A stretch of DNA of 50,131 nucleotides from an uncultured bacterium (lineage in GTDB: Bacteria > Cyanobacteriota > Cyanobacteriia > Cyanobacteriales > Xenococcaceae), in contig CAZSEZ010000001.1 in assembly GCA_964606015.1 (NCBI GenBank), positions 1-50,131 on the forward strand, written 5' to 3'. The notes below the pieces were generated by a model. That model was not told where the DNA came from. It was given only the letters and a program-made list of their open reading frames with translations, and did no database searches. A program made the position numbers and the translations under genes. The stretch's first letter is position 1. Each line of letters opens with the position of its first letter. Positions 28,768-39,178 of this stretch are shown in pieces.

Positions 28768-29310
28768 CTAACCATCTATTTCTGTTGTATTGTGAAATAA
28801 ATGCAAGGTATTGACAGCCATTGGTTTACCTTGCCAAACAAGTACTAAGAGCAGCAATGTAGCAATGATAATGCTCCAAAAATTTTCAGGAGATTGCGTT
28901 TTAAACCTGCTTATTCTCTGAGTAAATGTGGGTTTATGGTGAACTTGTAAACTAGGAGCTAGGTTACTTGCCAGTTCACTTGTGTTGATAGAGACAAATG
29001 AATCTGCCTCAATGATTTCTATTCTTTCCCGTAGGGCAATAGCATTTTTAAGACTCTTATTAATTTTGACTAAATGAGGCAAATAAAAATCAAGCCTTTG
29101 CTTAATGCCATTAAGATCTTTTTCTAGAACTTTTTCATTATATCCATCCAGTAAATGCAACTTAGACTGGTAAATATTTAAAGCTATTAAATCTCTAGGT
29201 AAACTTTCTAAATATGCTTCGACCACTTGATATTCCCGCCGAAGATTATCCCAGTTTTTGAGAATTAAAATTAAGGTTTCTAGCTTAATTTTATTTTGGA
29301 GCTGATTCAT
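28768..29310 (-). CDS. Hypothetical protein, helical with C-terminal TM segment
   Basis: 180-aa ORF with ATG start; FWSIIIATLLLLVLVW TM segment. Confidence 0.65.
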   Translation of the reverse strand: MNQLQNKIKLETLILILKNWDNLRREYQVVEAYLESLPRDLIALNIYQSKLHLLDGYNEKVLEKDLNGIKQRLDFYLPHLVKINKSLKNAIALRERIEIIEADSFVSINTSELASNLAPSLQVHHKPTFTQRISRFKTQSPENFWSIIIATLLLLVLVWQGKPMAVNTLHLFHNTTEIDG

Positions 29311-29993
29311 TGATTAATTTTGAAGGATAAAGAATTCCAATCAAGAAATATCTTGTGATCTTTATAGGTAGATCTTTATAAATAGCCTAGCACTATAGCT
29401 TTATGAAGTTCAGAGTCACCAAAAAAATAGAACCATCTATAAAATTACCCAATATCGACCTTCCGAGACTTTCTATATATTTAATCCTCGCCAAAGAGTT
29501 TTATAATCTATCCTAAGATGTGGTTTTTATCACCAGCATATAGATAGGTATTAGTTACAAGAAAATAAGCTATCTTGTAGAGCCAAATTTTCCCTCAACA
29601 ATTCCATAAGGTAACACAATATGAATTAAGTATGAATTAAGTAGAAAAATCATCTTATTTTTTGCACCTTAGTCTCAAATTTAGGTTGGCATCTGGATCT
29701 AGCTTCAACAAACTGAATAATAATTTAGGTTTACTACAGCCGATAAATTGTAGAACGATCCACATTAAGGTTTTTACTAGCTTCATTATTTCTCTCGCTC
29801 TGGCTCAAGTGATTACTCTTATGGATGTGTATCAGCTAAGAGGTTCAAGCATCTTTCCATAAAAGCCTTAGCAAATTCTGAAGGGGTTCCACCCTCACCA
29901 ATTAATTCGTCTTGGCAGCGATCTAAATCACAGATCTATTAGTTAGAGCCATTTATGATGTAACAGTTTGTTCAGAAATTAACGTCAAAATCG

Positions 29994-30347
29994 ATGGCTA
30001 AAACTTTAGATAGTGTTGCTCAAGAAATCCAAAAAGTCGAATTAACCATCAAAAACGTCCGTAAAGATATCAAATCAGCCAAGAAAAAAGTTGCTAACTG
30101 CAAAAAAAGCCTCAAGAAAGAAAAGCAATTTAAAAAGGAACTAGAAAGCGAACTTGCAAAAACCACAGCAGAAAAAGATCGCGTTTTAGCCGAGTACAAT
30201 ACAATGTGCGCCAAAATTGCCGAGTATCAACAATTCTGTGAAGGGTTGAATGGTTCAGACACTACCGGAAAAGATCCTGTAATCGAACAAGCGGAGAAAC
30301 TACTGTTTGCAGCCATGAGTGCTGTTGATGGAACTAGCAATATCTAA
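29994..30347 (+). CDS. Hypothetical Lys-rich coiled-coil protein
   Basis: 117 aa, heptad pattern, very K/E-rich first 75 residues. Confidence 0.7.
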   Translation: MAKTLDSVAQEIQKVELTIKNVRKDIKSAKKKVANCKKSLKKEKQFKKELESELAKTTAEKDRVLAEYNTMCAKIAEYQQFCEGLNGSDTTGKDPVIEQAEKLLFAAMSAVDGTSNI

Positions 30348-31186
30348 GTCGCCAAATGACAATAGTCGTAATCACCACGAGTGAGACGGATTTGCGCCAA
30401 GGTAAAAATAATCGGGACAATGCGAGTGTAGTTTGTTGCGATCGCTCGCCATCCCAAATCGGCAATTAGCCAGCCCCACATTACGGTACTCATCAGACCG
30501 ATTACAGTCCTAGTTGCCCCATAACGAGCAATACTTCCAGCCATCCCTCGTTTGGCTGCACCGAGAGCAAATTTACTTTGTAAGACGGTTAAGGCTCCTC
30601 CTTTGATCGCAGTTTTAGCTGCCTGATAGCTAGCAAAGTGAAGCGCAAACTGTTTTGCAATGTGTTTGAGCAACCAATTTTTCACTAAAGAATTCATCGC
30701 AATCAAACCGCTTCCTGCAAAGAGGAATTTCAGTGGATTGTGTTGGATCTGTACTGGTAAAGGCTGAGGTGGATTAGCTTCACTCAGGGCATGACAGACT
30801 TTTTTTTGTAGCGTGTTCTGTTCTGCTCTAGGGAGCTTGTTCCAAGCATTACCAACTAAATTTAGGAAAATTTCTGCTTCGATTTCCGTCGTACTCATCT
30901 GCTGTGAGTAAGGGATCTTGAGATACAAACAAACTTGAATCAAGATCTGACGATAAGAAAGATCATCACTGTTACCTCTGATAACTGTAAAGCCATCTGC
31001 TGCAAGATAGCGAAATCTTTGTTCTAAGGAGTCGAGCCAATCTGCTTTATATTGACTCTGAACTTGCAACGGTTGGGGAGTCTGCCAATAATCTAGGGGA
31101 TTAAAACGAGCCTGAAACAAAACTTGGGTAATCTGCTGTAGCTCTTCTTCAGTTGCCAATTCGAGGGCTGTCCTCAACTCGTCCAC
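30344..31186 (-). CDS. YaaW family protein
   Basis: MDELRTALELATEEEL, RFRYLAADG, ADLGWRAIATNY.RI.P: typical cyanobacterial YaaW-like sequence. Confidence 0.8.
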   Translation of the reverse strand: MDELRTALELATEEELQQITQVLFQARFNPLDYWQTPQPLQVQSQYKADWLDSLEQRFRYLAADGFTVIRGNSDDLSYRQILIQVCLYLKIPYSQQMSTTEIEAEIFLNLVGNAWNKLPRAEQNTLQKKVCHALSEANPPQPLPVQIQHNPLKFLFAGSGLIAMNSLVKNWLLKHIAKQFALHFASYQAAKTAIKGGALTVLQSKFALGAAKRGMAGSIARYGATRTVIGLMSTVMWGWLIADLGWRAIATNYTRIVPIIFTLAQIRLTRGDYDYCHLAT

Positions 31187-31281
31187 TATAACTTTCCTCC
31201 ATGCAATTATTCTGCTAAGTCGAGGAGACTCGATCTAGGATCGGGTACATCATATCTCAGGTTTCATTTTTGTCTGATCGC

Positions 31282-32496
31282 TTAAAAGATTAACCTTCCG
31301 CAAATTAAACCCAATCCAATTGTAATCCCTCCCCCCAGTAGTTTTCCCACAGAAGATTCTGGACTTTGTGCCAACCGAGAATATAAGACTGTGAGCAAAG
31401 TTGCTGCTTGGGCGATCGCAGTTGCCAAAGATACTTCGACTGCTTCTCCTTTCCCCCAAATAAAACCAGTAATCACGACCAAACTCAGGGGAATCCCTAC
31501 AGCGAAGATCGTCGCTTGTTTTTGTTCGCTACGGTCATTGGTAATAACAGTAGCTGCTGCGGCTTGAGTGAGGTAAACAATGATCATCGCCATGACTGCC
31601 ACTACCATCTGAATCAGAGATTTCTCGCTATTCAGACTGACTTGATAACCCACTGCGATCGCAATTCCTAAAACACCTAAGCTTCCCACCCCCAGAGCAT
31701 AAGCTTTATTGGATAAGCTTCCTTGATCATCTGTAGAGGACGAGACAGCAATCTCTTCCCAAGAGCTGGCCTGTAAAGCTATTAGTGCAGTTTCCGCATC
31801 AGCATATCTCGCTTTTAGATCGGAGTTACTCGCTTTTGTGAGCCAATCTTGAAGTCCTTCATCGAATTCTGTAATGTCCAAACTTGGCTCTAACAAAATA
31901 ATTTTTTGCAAAGTCGTCCCGAGACCATAAATATCAGTAGCAGGACAGGGTGTATTTAGTTGTTCTGGGGCGATGAATTCAGCATTATTTAGAGCGATCG
32001 CACTACTTTGAGGCGACTGATTAGTATTTTGTACGAGATCAAAACCAATTAGATAAATCTTGTTTTGTTCATCTCGAAGGATATTGTTCGGATTGAGATT
32101 GAGATGCAATACCGAGGGTTTTTGCTTTTGAAGATAACGCAAAATTTCTAATACCTCTACAGCAATGGCAACGATTTCCGCTTCTGTTTTCGGCGATCTC
32201 TTAGTTAAAGATTCTCCCTCTAAGTATTCTCTTACTAAGCAAAAACTAGTTTCTGTTTCAAAACTGGCTAAATACTGGGGAATTCTTGGATGTTCTAGCT
32301 GCTGCAGTAGAGCTATTTCTTGTTCTTGGGTTTCGTAGGCTTGCCAACTCACATCGTTGCTCCCAAAGCGCAATTCTCTAATTACAACTTTGACATTTGT
32401 TTCTACACTGATTGCTTGCCAAGTAAAGCTACTAGATTGTTCCACTAGCTGTTGCTCTACTCGATAGCCAAACGTAGTGAAATCAGGAAAAGACAT
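31282..32496 (-). CDS. Ser/Thr kinase-like membrane protein, probable pseudokinase
   Basis: EIALLQQLEHPRIPQYL, APEQ, DIYGLG retained; HRD reads HLN, DFG reads GFD, no Gly-rich loop; several C-terminal TMs. Confidence 0.82.
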   Translation of the reverse strand: MSFPDFTTFGYRVEQQLVEQSSSFTWQAISVETNVKVVIRELRFGSNDVSWQAYETQEQEIALLQQLEHPRIPQYLASFETETSFCLVREYLEGESLTKRSPKTEAEIVAIAVEVLEILRYLQKQKPSVLHLNLNPNNILRDEQNKIYLIGFDLVQNTNQSPQSSAIALNNAEFIAPEQLNTPCPATDIYGLGTTLQKIILLEPSLDITEFDEGLQDWLTKASNSDLKARYADAETALIALQASSWEEIAVSSSTDDQGSLSNKAYALGVGSLGVLGIAIAVGYQVSLNSEKSLIQMVVAVMAMIIVYLTQAAAATVITNDRSEQKQATIFAVGIPLSLVVITGFIWGKGEAVEVSLATAIAQAATLLTVLYSRLAQSPESSVGKLLGGGITIGLGLICGRLIF

Positions 32497-32596
32497 AAAT
32501 AAAAGATTTGAAATAAAAAGGGATTGCCAGACGACTTAACCCAGGACAAAGGTAATAACTTAAGATTGATAAGGAATATTAAGCAAAATCTTAGAG

Positions 32597-33571
32597 ATGA
32601 ATTTATTGTACTTGTTGGGTATTGTCCTGGCTGTTTTACTAGTTGCGATCGCAATTTACCTATTAACGCCTCGTACTTATGAATCTGGAGATTCTGTCGC
32701 CAACTCCTATGATGAATGGACAGAAGACGGCATCTTAGAATTTTATTGGGGAGAACACATTCACCTCGGTCATTATGGTTCACCTGTTAAAAGAACTGAC
32801 TTTTTGCAAGCCAAAGCAGATTTTGTTCATGAAATGGTCAAGTGGGGCGGCTTAGCTGACTTACCCGCGGGCACAACTGTTCTCGATGTGGGTTGTGGCA
32901 TTGGCGGTAGTAGTCGCATCCTGGCAAAAGAATACAAGTTTGATGTTACAGGTGTGACGATCAGTCCTCAGCAGGTAAAACGAGCCCAAGAACTAACTCC
33001 AGAAGGGGTAACTGCTCAGTTTCGGGTGGATGATGCGATGGCTCTTTCCTATCCTGATGCGAGCTTTGATGTGGTTTGGTCGATTGAAGCAGGGCCTCAC
33101 ATGCCAGATAAAGCTGTATTTGCTCAAGAACTATTACGAGTCCTCAAGCCAGGAGGAATTTTGGTAGTTGCAGACTGGAACCAACGCGATGATCGCCAAG
33201 TAGAGCTTAACTTCTGGGAAAAACCAGTCATGAAACAACTGCTCGACCAGTGGTCGCACCCTGCTTTTTCTTCCATTGAAGGATTTTCCGAATTACTAGA
33301 AGAAACTGGCTTAACTCAAGGAAGCGTAACTACTGCGGATTGGACTCAGGAAACATTACCTTCTTGGATTGATTCGATTTGGCAAGGTATTGCCAGACCC
33401 AAAGGTCTGATCTTATTCGGGTTTTCAGGTTTTGTTAAATCCCTACGCGAAGTACCAACATTACTTCTGATGCGCTTAGCGTTTGGTGCTGGTTTATGTC
33501 GTTTTGGCATGTTCAAAGCCGTCCGAGCTAATGTTGCTGTAGCGTCAGAGAAGGTCACAACTACGGTTTAA
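32597..33571 (+). CDS. MPBQ/MSBQ methyltransferase (Sll0418-like; tocopherol/plastoquinone pathway)
   Basis: N-terminal TM, YDEWTEDGILEFYWGEHIHLGHY, VLDVGCGIGGS, WSIEAGPHMPDK. Confidence 0.88.
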   Translation: MNLLYLLGIVLAVLLVAIAIYLLTPRTYESGDSVANSYDEWTEDGILEFYWGEHIHLGHYGSPVKRTDFLQAKADFVHEMVKWGGLADLPAGTTVLDVGCGIGGSSRILAKEYKFDVTGVTISPQQVKRAQELTPEGVTAQFRVDDAMALSYPDASFDVVWSIEAGPHMPDKAVFAQELLRVLKPGGILVVADWNQRDDRQVELNFWEKPVMKQLLDQWSHPAFSSIEGFSELLEETGLTQGSVTTADWTQETLPSWIDSIWQGIARPKGLILFGFSGFVKSLREVPTLLLMRLAFGAGLCRFGMFKAVRANVAVASEKVTTTV

Positions 33572-33839
33572 TTGTTGGTTGAGTTTTTTAGAGTGGGCCA
33601 TGTCCCACTTTCCTAATTCTTGAAAAGCTAAATTTAAGAATATCATTCTCCTTTAATTAAATCTGATTCTTTAGCCAACTCGTCACTATTGTTGAACTTT
33701 CGCTCAAATTTCCTGGCTTGTAGTACAAATACTTCCTAAAGCAATCGCAATAACCAAATAAACGATCGCATTAATCAAAAAATCTACACAGAGAATAACT
33801 CCCTCTTCTTAATGTTCGTCTTTTATACTAAAAGCCTAA

Positions 33840-35984
33840 ATGACTGCCCAAGAAGAGAGTACTAGCGCAATGACTACTGATGAGCAAAAAATTGATGAGC
33901 AGATCAATCTCAGTGACCCTCAAAACTACTTCAATCGCGAGTTAAGTTGGCTAGAGTTTAATCGTCGTGTCCTCCAAGAAGCGATCGATGATCGCACTCC
34001 CTTATTAGAGCGGCTCAAGTTCCTCAGTATTTTCAGCTCCAACCTTGATGAATTTTTTATGGTGCGAGTCGCTGGCTTAAAACAGCAAGTAGCAGCAGAA
34101 GTCACCAAATTAAGTCTCGACGGCAAGACCGCTGCCCAACAGTTAGAGGCGATCGCAAAATGCCTACGCCCGATGTCAATTCAGCTGCATCAACACTTTC
34201 AGCAAGAAATCACAAAGCAGTTAACCAATAACCATATCCATCTGTTAGATTTTACCAATCTCTCTCAGGAACAACGCAACCATCTCAATAGTTTTTTTGA
34301 AGAACATATTTTTCCTGTTCTAACTCCTTTAGCAGTCGATCCTTCCCATCCTTTTCCTTACATCTCCAATCTCAGCCTTAATCTCGCAGTCGTAGTTAAA
34401 GATCCCGAAACCAGAGAAGAACTATTTGCCCGCATCAAGATTCCTGAATCATTACCACGATTCATCACGTTGCCTGAAGAGCTACGCCAAAAATATCGGG
34501 GGAAGGTCGGTATCTGGGCTGGAGTACCAATCGAACAAGTAATCACCCACAATCTAGAATCGCTGTTTCCAGGAATGAATATCCAAGAGTCCTATACTTT
34601 TCGGGTAACACGCAATGCAGACTTGGCAGTTGAAGAAGAAGAAGCAGATGATCTTTTACTAGCGATTGAAAAAGAGCTTAACAAACGACGAATGGGGGGT
34701 TCAGCAGTCCGCCTAGAAATCGAGGCAGATGTACCCAGCAGCATTCGCTCAACCATTATTAGACAGCTAAGGCTCGAAGAAAATGATGTTTATGACATTG
34801 ATGGCCTGATCGGATTAGGAGATTTGATCTCTTTTTTGGCCTTACCACTACCAGAACTTAAAGAAAAACCTTGGTCACCTGTAGTTCCCAGCAAAATTCA
34901 ACGCTTAGCAGAAGATGGCGGAGATTTTTTCCGGCTAATTCGTGAAGAAGATATGCTGGTGCATCATCCCTATCATTCTTTTAGTGGAACTGTATTACGC
35001 TTCATCAAAGAAGCAGCGAAAGATCCTAAAGTACTAGCAATCAAAATGACTCTTTATCGTACTTCGGGAGACTCGCCCATCATCAAAGAATTAATTGCAG
35101 CAGCCCAAAATGATAAGCAAGTCGTAGTTTTAGTCGAACTCAAAGCCCGTTTTGATGAAGAGAATAATATTCACTGGGCCAAAAAACTGGAAAAATCGGG
35201 GGTTCACGTTGTTTATGGAGTATTCGGGCTAAAAACCCATACCAAAGTAACCTTAGTAGTACGCCAAGAAGCTCAAAAAATCCGACGCTATGTCCATATT
35301 GGTACAGGTAATTACAATCCTAAAACTGCTAGGTTTTATACCGACCTAGGATTACTAAGTGCTAGAGATGAGCTTGGTGCAGATTTGACTGACCTATTCA
35401 ACTACCTGACTGGCTATTCACATCAAAAATCCTACCGCAAGATTTTGGTTGCCCCTGTTAACTTACGCGATCGCATGATTGCCTTAGTAAACCGAGAAAT
35501 TGAAAATGTCCGCAACGGCGGTACAGGAAGAATTGTCGCCAAAATGAACTCTCTAGTTGATGGAAAAATGATCGAATCTCTCTATCGTGCTTCTAGAGCT
35601 GGAGTATCCATCGATCTCATTATTAGAGGAATCTGCTGCCTACGCCCTGGAGTAGCTGAAATAAGTGACAATATCCGGGTAATTAGTGTGATAGGTCGTT
35701 TTCTAGAGCATTCTCGAATCTTTTATTTTCACAATCAAGGTGAAGAAGAAATTTATATCGGTAGTGCTGATTGGATGACACGCAATCTCAGTCGTCGTGT
35801 TGAAGCGGTTGCCCCTATCGAAGAGCCAAACTTAGCCAAAGATCTTCAGGAAATTTTGGGGATTATGCTGGCAGATAATCGTCAAGCTTGGGAACTCCAA
35901 TCAGACGGATCTTATGTCCAGCGCAAACCTGCTAAGAATGAAATACCCCAAAGTACACATAACATTCTCATGGAAATGGCTTAG
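33840..35984 (+). CDS. ppk1: Polyphosphate kinase 1
   Basis: FNRELSWLEFN, NLDEFFMVRVA, HPFP, HHPYHSF, ELKARFDE, KTHTK, GSADWMTRNL. Confidence 0.97.
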   Translation: MTAQEESTSAMTTDEQKIDEQINLSDPQNYFNRELSWLEFNRRVLQEAIDDRTPLLERLKFLSIFSSNLDEFFMVRVAGLKQQVAAEVTKLSLDGKTAAQQLEAIAKCLRPMSIQLHQHFQQEITKQLTNNHIHLLDFTNLSQEQRNHLNSFFEEHIFPVLTPLAVDPSHPFPYISNLSLNLAVVVKDPETREELFARIKIPESLPRFITLPEELRQKYRGKVGIWAGVPIEQVITHNLESLFPGMNIQESYTFRVTRNADLAVEEEEADDLLLAIEKELNKRRMGGSAVRLEIEADVPSSIRSTIIRQLRLEENDVYDIDGLIGLGDLISFLALPLPELKEKPWSPVVPSKIQRLAEDGGDFFRLIREEDMLVHHPYHSFSGTVLRFIKEAAKDPKVLAIKMTLYRTSGDSPIIKELIAAAQNDKQVVVLVELKARFDEENNIHWAKKLEKSGVHVVYGVFGLKTHTKVTLVVRQEAQKIRRYVHIGTGNYNPKTARFYTDLGLLSARDELGADLTDLFNYLTGYSHQKSYRKILVAPVNLRDRMIALVNREIENVRNGGTGRIVAKMNSLVDGKMIESLYRASRAGVSIDLIIRGICCLRPGVAEISDNIRVISVIGRFLEHSRIFYFHNQGEEEIYIGSADWMTRNLSRRVEAVAPIEEPNLAKDLQEILGIMLADNRQAWELQSDGSYVQRKPAKNEIPQSTHNILMEMA

Positions 35985-36070
35985 AACAAACAATTATCTT
36001 AAACAAATGGTAAATTAGAGCTTGATTTAGGGAAAATTAACAGTATAAACTCGTAATTCGCAAGCTCTTA

Positions 36071-37945
36071 ATGACCTTGGATACTTCTGCCGACCAATAT
36101 CAGAAAGCAAATATTTTAATTGTTGACGATACTTCGTCCAATTTAAGACTACTCTCCAAACTATTTCAGGGTGAAGGGTATGCAGTAAGGTGCGCGTTAG
36201 ATGGGGCGACGGCCATTACAATTGCGGAGGCAGAGTGGCCCGACATTATTCTTCTAGATATTGTCATGCCCGAAATGGATGGCTATGAGATTTGTCAACA
36301 GTTAAAGATAAACAAAAAAACTCAGCATATTCCCGTAATCTTCTTTAGCAACCTCGAAGATATCTTCGATAAACAGAGAGCTTTTGATGTCGGTGGAGTT
36401 GACTATATCCCCAAGTCATACCACGAACAAGAAATAATTATCCGAATCGAGAACCAGCTAACTATCCAATCAGCAAAAGCAGAAATTGTTCGTCTCAATG
36501 CAGAGCTAGAAGATCGAGTCAAACAAAGAACCCAAGAACTCGAAGTTTCCAATCAAAAATTACTCCAAGAAATAGACCGACGCCAGCAAGCTCAAGATGC
36601 ACTGTTGCGCCAGGCGTTAAAAGATCCTTTAACTGGATTGGCCAGTCGCAATGCCTTAATTTCTCGTACTAAAAAAGCCATAGGACAAAATCAGGCTAAT
36701 TCTAAGTACAACTATGCAATATTTCTCCTAGAATGCGATCGCTTCAAATACATCAAACACAACTATGGTTATTTAGAAGCCAATCGATTTCTAATTGCTG
36801 TCAGTGGTTGTATTACTAGCTGTTTTCCTAAATCGACTTGTATTAGTCGTTTTGAAGGAGATGATTTTGCGATTTTGGTAGAGACTTTTGAAGATCTCAA
36901 TGCGATCAAACAATTAGCCCAAACACTGCAAAGCAAGCTTACGGATAAATTCAATGTCCAAGAAGAAGCCATCCAAGTTAATAACTGCTTAGGCATTGTT
37001 ATTGGTAATCCAGAATATCAAGAAATATCTCACTTACTGCACGATGCCAATCTGGCCATGCAAGTTTCTAAAGATAAAGAGTGTTATCAGATTTTTGAGA
37101 CCAAAAAACACAGTCTATTCAAAGGTTATAACAAGCAAAAATTAGACATCGAAGCCGAACTCAAAAATGCAATTGCCAATAATCAGATCAAAGCCCATTA
37201 TCAACCAATTATTTCTCTGGCTACAGGCAAAATAGCTGAACTCAAAATCGAAATTCGCTGGCACCATCCCCAGAAAGGAATCATTCATCCTACAAACTTC
37301 ATCGATCTGGCAGAAGAAACTGGTTTAATCGTTCAGATGGGTTATCTAGTTGCTTTAGAGGCTTGTAGTTGTATTGTCCAGTTACAGAAAGAACATGACC
37401 TCCGACTGAGAGTCAATATACAGCTATCATCCACACAACTGCAACAACAGGATCTAGGTCGTAAAATTGGCCAAATAATCGACGCTAGTGGAATCAAAGG
37501 GAATAGTCTGAGCTTCGATATTTCCGAACAGGACTTGCTTCAAAATCCCGAACTGACAATGAAAAATCTCAACGATCTGAAGGAGCATCAGGTCAAGATC
37601 GGGATTGATGACTTTGGCAGTAATCATTCTCCTCTAACTTATTTAGGCCTAACCTATCTTATGGGATTCCCCATCAATCGAGTCTCCATTGATAGCAATT
37701 TGCTAGAGCAAGAGCACAAAAAAAATACTCATACACCCGTTGGTGCCAGTGATATTTCTTATTGTGAGCAGTTAGTAAATTTATCGCGTCAAATTGATGT
37801 TCCCGTATTGGTTAACAATATCCGCTTTAATAATCAAATTAAATACTTTAGAAAATTAGGATGTAAGTGGGGACAGGGAATCATCATCTCTAAGGTTTTA
37901 GACCGCAAGGCACTCGAAGAATTACTACTTTGGAGTGCTTTTTAG
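36071..37945 (+). CDS. REC-GGDEF-EAL protein with degenerate enzymatic motifs
   Basis: Intact REC (VDD, LDIVMP), DPLTGL, EGDDF in place of GGDEF, YQPII, KIE in place of EAL, DDFG. Confidence 0.88.
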   Translation: MTLDTSADQYQKANILIVDDTSSNLRLLSKLFQGEGYAVRCALDGATAITIAEAEWPDIILLDIVMPEMDGYEICQQLKINKKTQHIPVIFFSNLEDIFDKQRAFDVGGVDYIPKSYHEQEIIIRIENQLTIQSAKAEIVRLNAELEDRVKQRTQELEVSNQKLLQEIDRRQQAQDALLRQALKDPLTGLASRNALISRTKKAIGQNQANSKYNYAIFLLECDRFKYIKHNYGYLEANRFLIAVSGCITSCFPKSTCISRFEGDDFAILVETFEDLNAIKQLAQTLQSKLTDKFNVQEEAIQVNNCLGIVIGNPEYQEISHLLHDANLAMQVSKDKECYQIFETKKHSLFKGYNKQKLDIEAELKNAIANNQIKAHYQPIISLATGKIAELKIEIRWHHPQKGIIHPTNFIDLAEETGLIVQMGYLVALEACSCIVQLQKEHDLRLRVNIQLSSTQLQQQDLGRKIGQIIDASGIKGNSLSFDISEQDLLQNPELTMKNLNDLKEHQVKIGIDDFGSNHSPLTYLGLTYLMGFPINRVSIDSNLLEQEHKKNTHTPVGASDISYCEQLVNLSRQIDVPVLVNNIRFNNQIKYFRKLGCKWGQGIIISKVLDRKALEELLLWSAF

Positions 37946-38055
37946 TGTTTGTTGATTTCTGTATGTGAAGAAAGATCGCCAGTAACATTGAGACAGATAG
38001 GGATTTGCTTACAATAGCTACAAAATTTAGAACCCTAGATCTCAAAATATCTTTG

Positions 38056-39108
38056 ATGAGCAAGAAATATCTTTACGCTTTATTGGTATGTCTGGCAATC
38101 TCTCTAGCGATCGTACCTCAATTTCTAAAAGCAACTGCATCTACCTGTAGCTACGACCCCAAAGCCTATCAAAACTTAGACCTTGATTCTTTGAGTCAAC
38201 AACTAGAAACCACTGGCTTGATCGGCCGTATTCACGGTGCAGCTACACCGTCCAAAATGTATGTCTTGTCAGTAAGAGAGCCTAATAACTTTTTTGCTCA
38301 TCGAGAGTTTTCCCTGATTGCTGGAGATCTTGAAACTCAAGAGGTTTTCGCCCAACTCAATCGCCACGATAGCTTGTGCGTTCAAGGCAGCATTATTCCA
38401 AACCCCAGCCCCCAAAAACACATTGCAGTAACCTCAGCCCAAGTCTTACAACCTTGGCAACAACCCCAAGGTTATGAACCTTATGAGAGAAGTCAGGATA
38501 TCCCAGAACAGTTAAAGCAAAAGAATAGCTTTTTGGGTAAAGTCCACGCTATTGGCGAATCAGGAAAAATCCTTGTAGTCGAATATCAAGATGGCGTAAT
38601 TCCGCTATATGTCCAAGATACTAAGTACACCAAAGATCTTTATCGAGGAGATATTGTTAGGCTACATTACCAAATTCAAACTCGCCCACAACAGCCGATC
38701 CATCTTGTATTAGATCAAAAAGTAGCTCAACCAGTCGAAGTTTTAGATGCGATCGCTTCTTGGCACGAACAAACCAAAACTCTTAAGGGAAATCTAGTTA
38801 AGTTTCCTCGCAGTCCCCAGCTTAAATTTGATGTTTACGCAATGGAAGTAGAAACCCAGGGAATCATGCGCTACTTTACACTAATTAATTTCCAAGATCT
38901 CGCAGCTTTTGAAGATATTCGGACTAAATTAGCCCAACTCTGGGATGAGAACCAAGCAACGTCAGTAGCTGGCCGCAATATGTTGATCAATCCGGAAGTC
39001 CAGATCGAGGCAACAGGGATTATTAATTTGGTTTCAACCGAGCAAGCCAACCCACAAATCCTCCTAGAAAGCGCAGATAGCGTGAAAATAGCAAACAAAC
39101 TCGAATAA
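38056..39108 (+). CDS. Hypothetical exported protein with repeated beta-rich modules
   Basis: MSKKY signal peptide; long ORF; three G.(I/V/L) beta segments. Confidence 0.75.
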   Translation: MSKKYLYALLVCLAISLAIVPQFLKATASTCSYDPKAYQNLDLDSLSQQLETTGLIGRIHGAATPSKMYVLSVREPNNFFAHREFSLIAGDLETQEVFAQLNRHDSLCVQGSIIPNPSPQKHIAVTSAQVLQPWQQPQGYEPYERSQDIPEQLKQKNSFLGKVHAIGESGKILVVEYQDGVIPLYVQDTKYTKDLYRGDIVRLHYQIQTRPQQPIHLVLDQKVAQPVEVLDAIASWHEQTKTLKGNLVKFPRSPQLKFDVYAMEVETQGIMRYFTLINFQDLAAFEDIRTKLAQLWDENQATSVAGRNMLINPEVQIEATGIINLVSTEQANPQILLESADSVKIANKLE

Positions 39109-39178
39109 GAGATTAAAGTTTCTAGACAAATGGAGCTGATCGCGGAAAAATAAAGAGTCTGAGTTAGCAGGTGCGATC

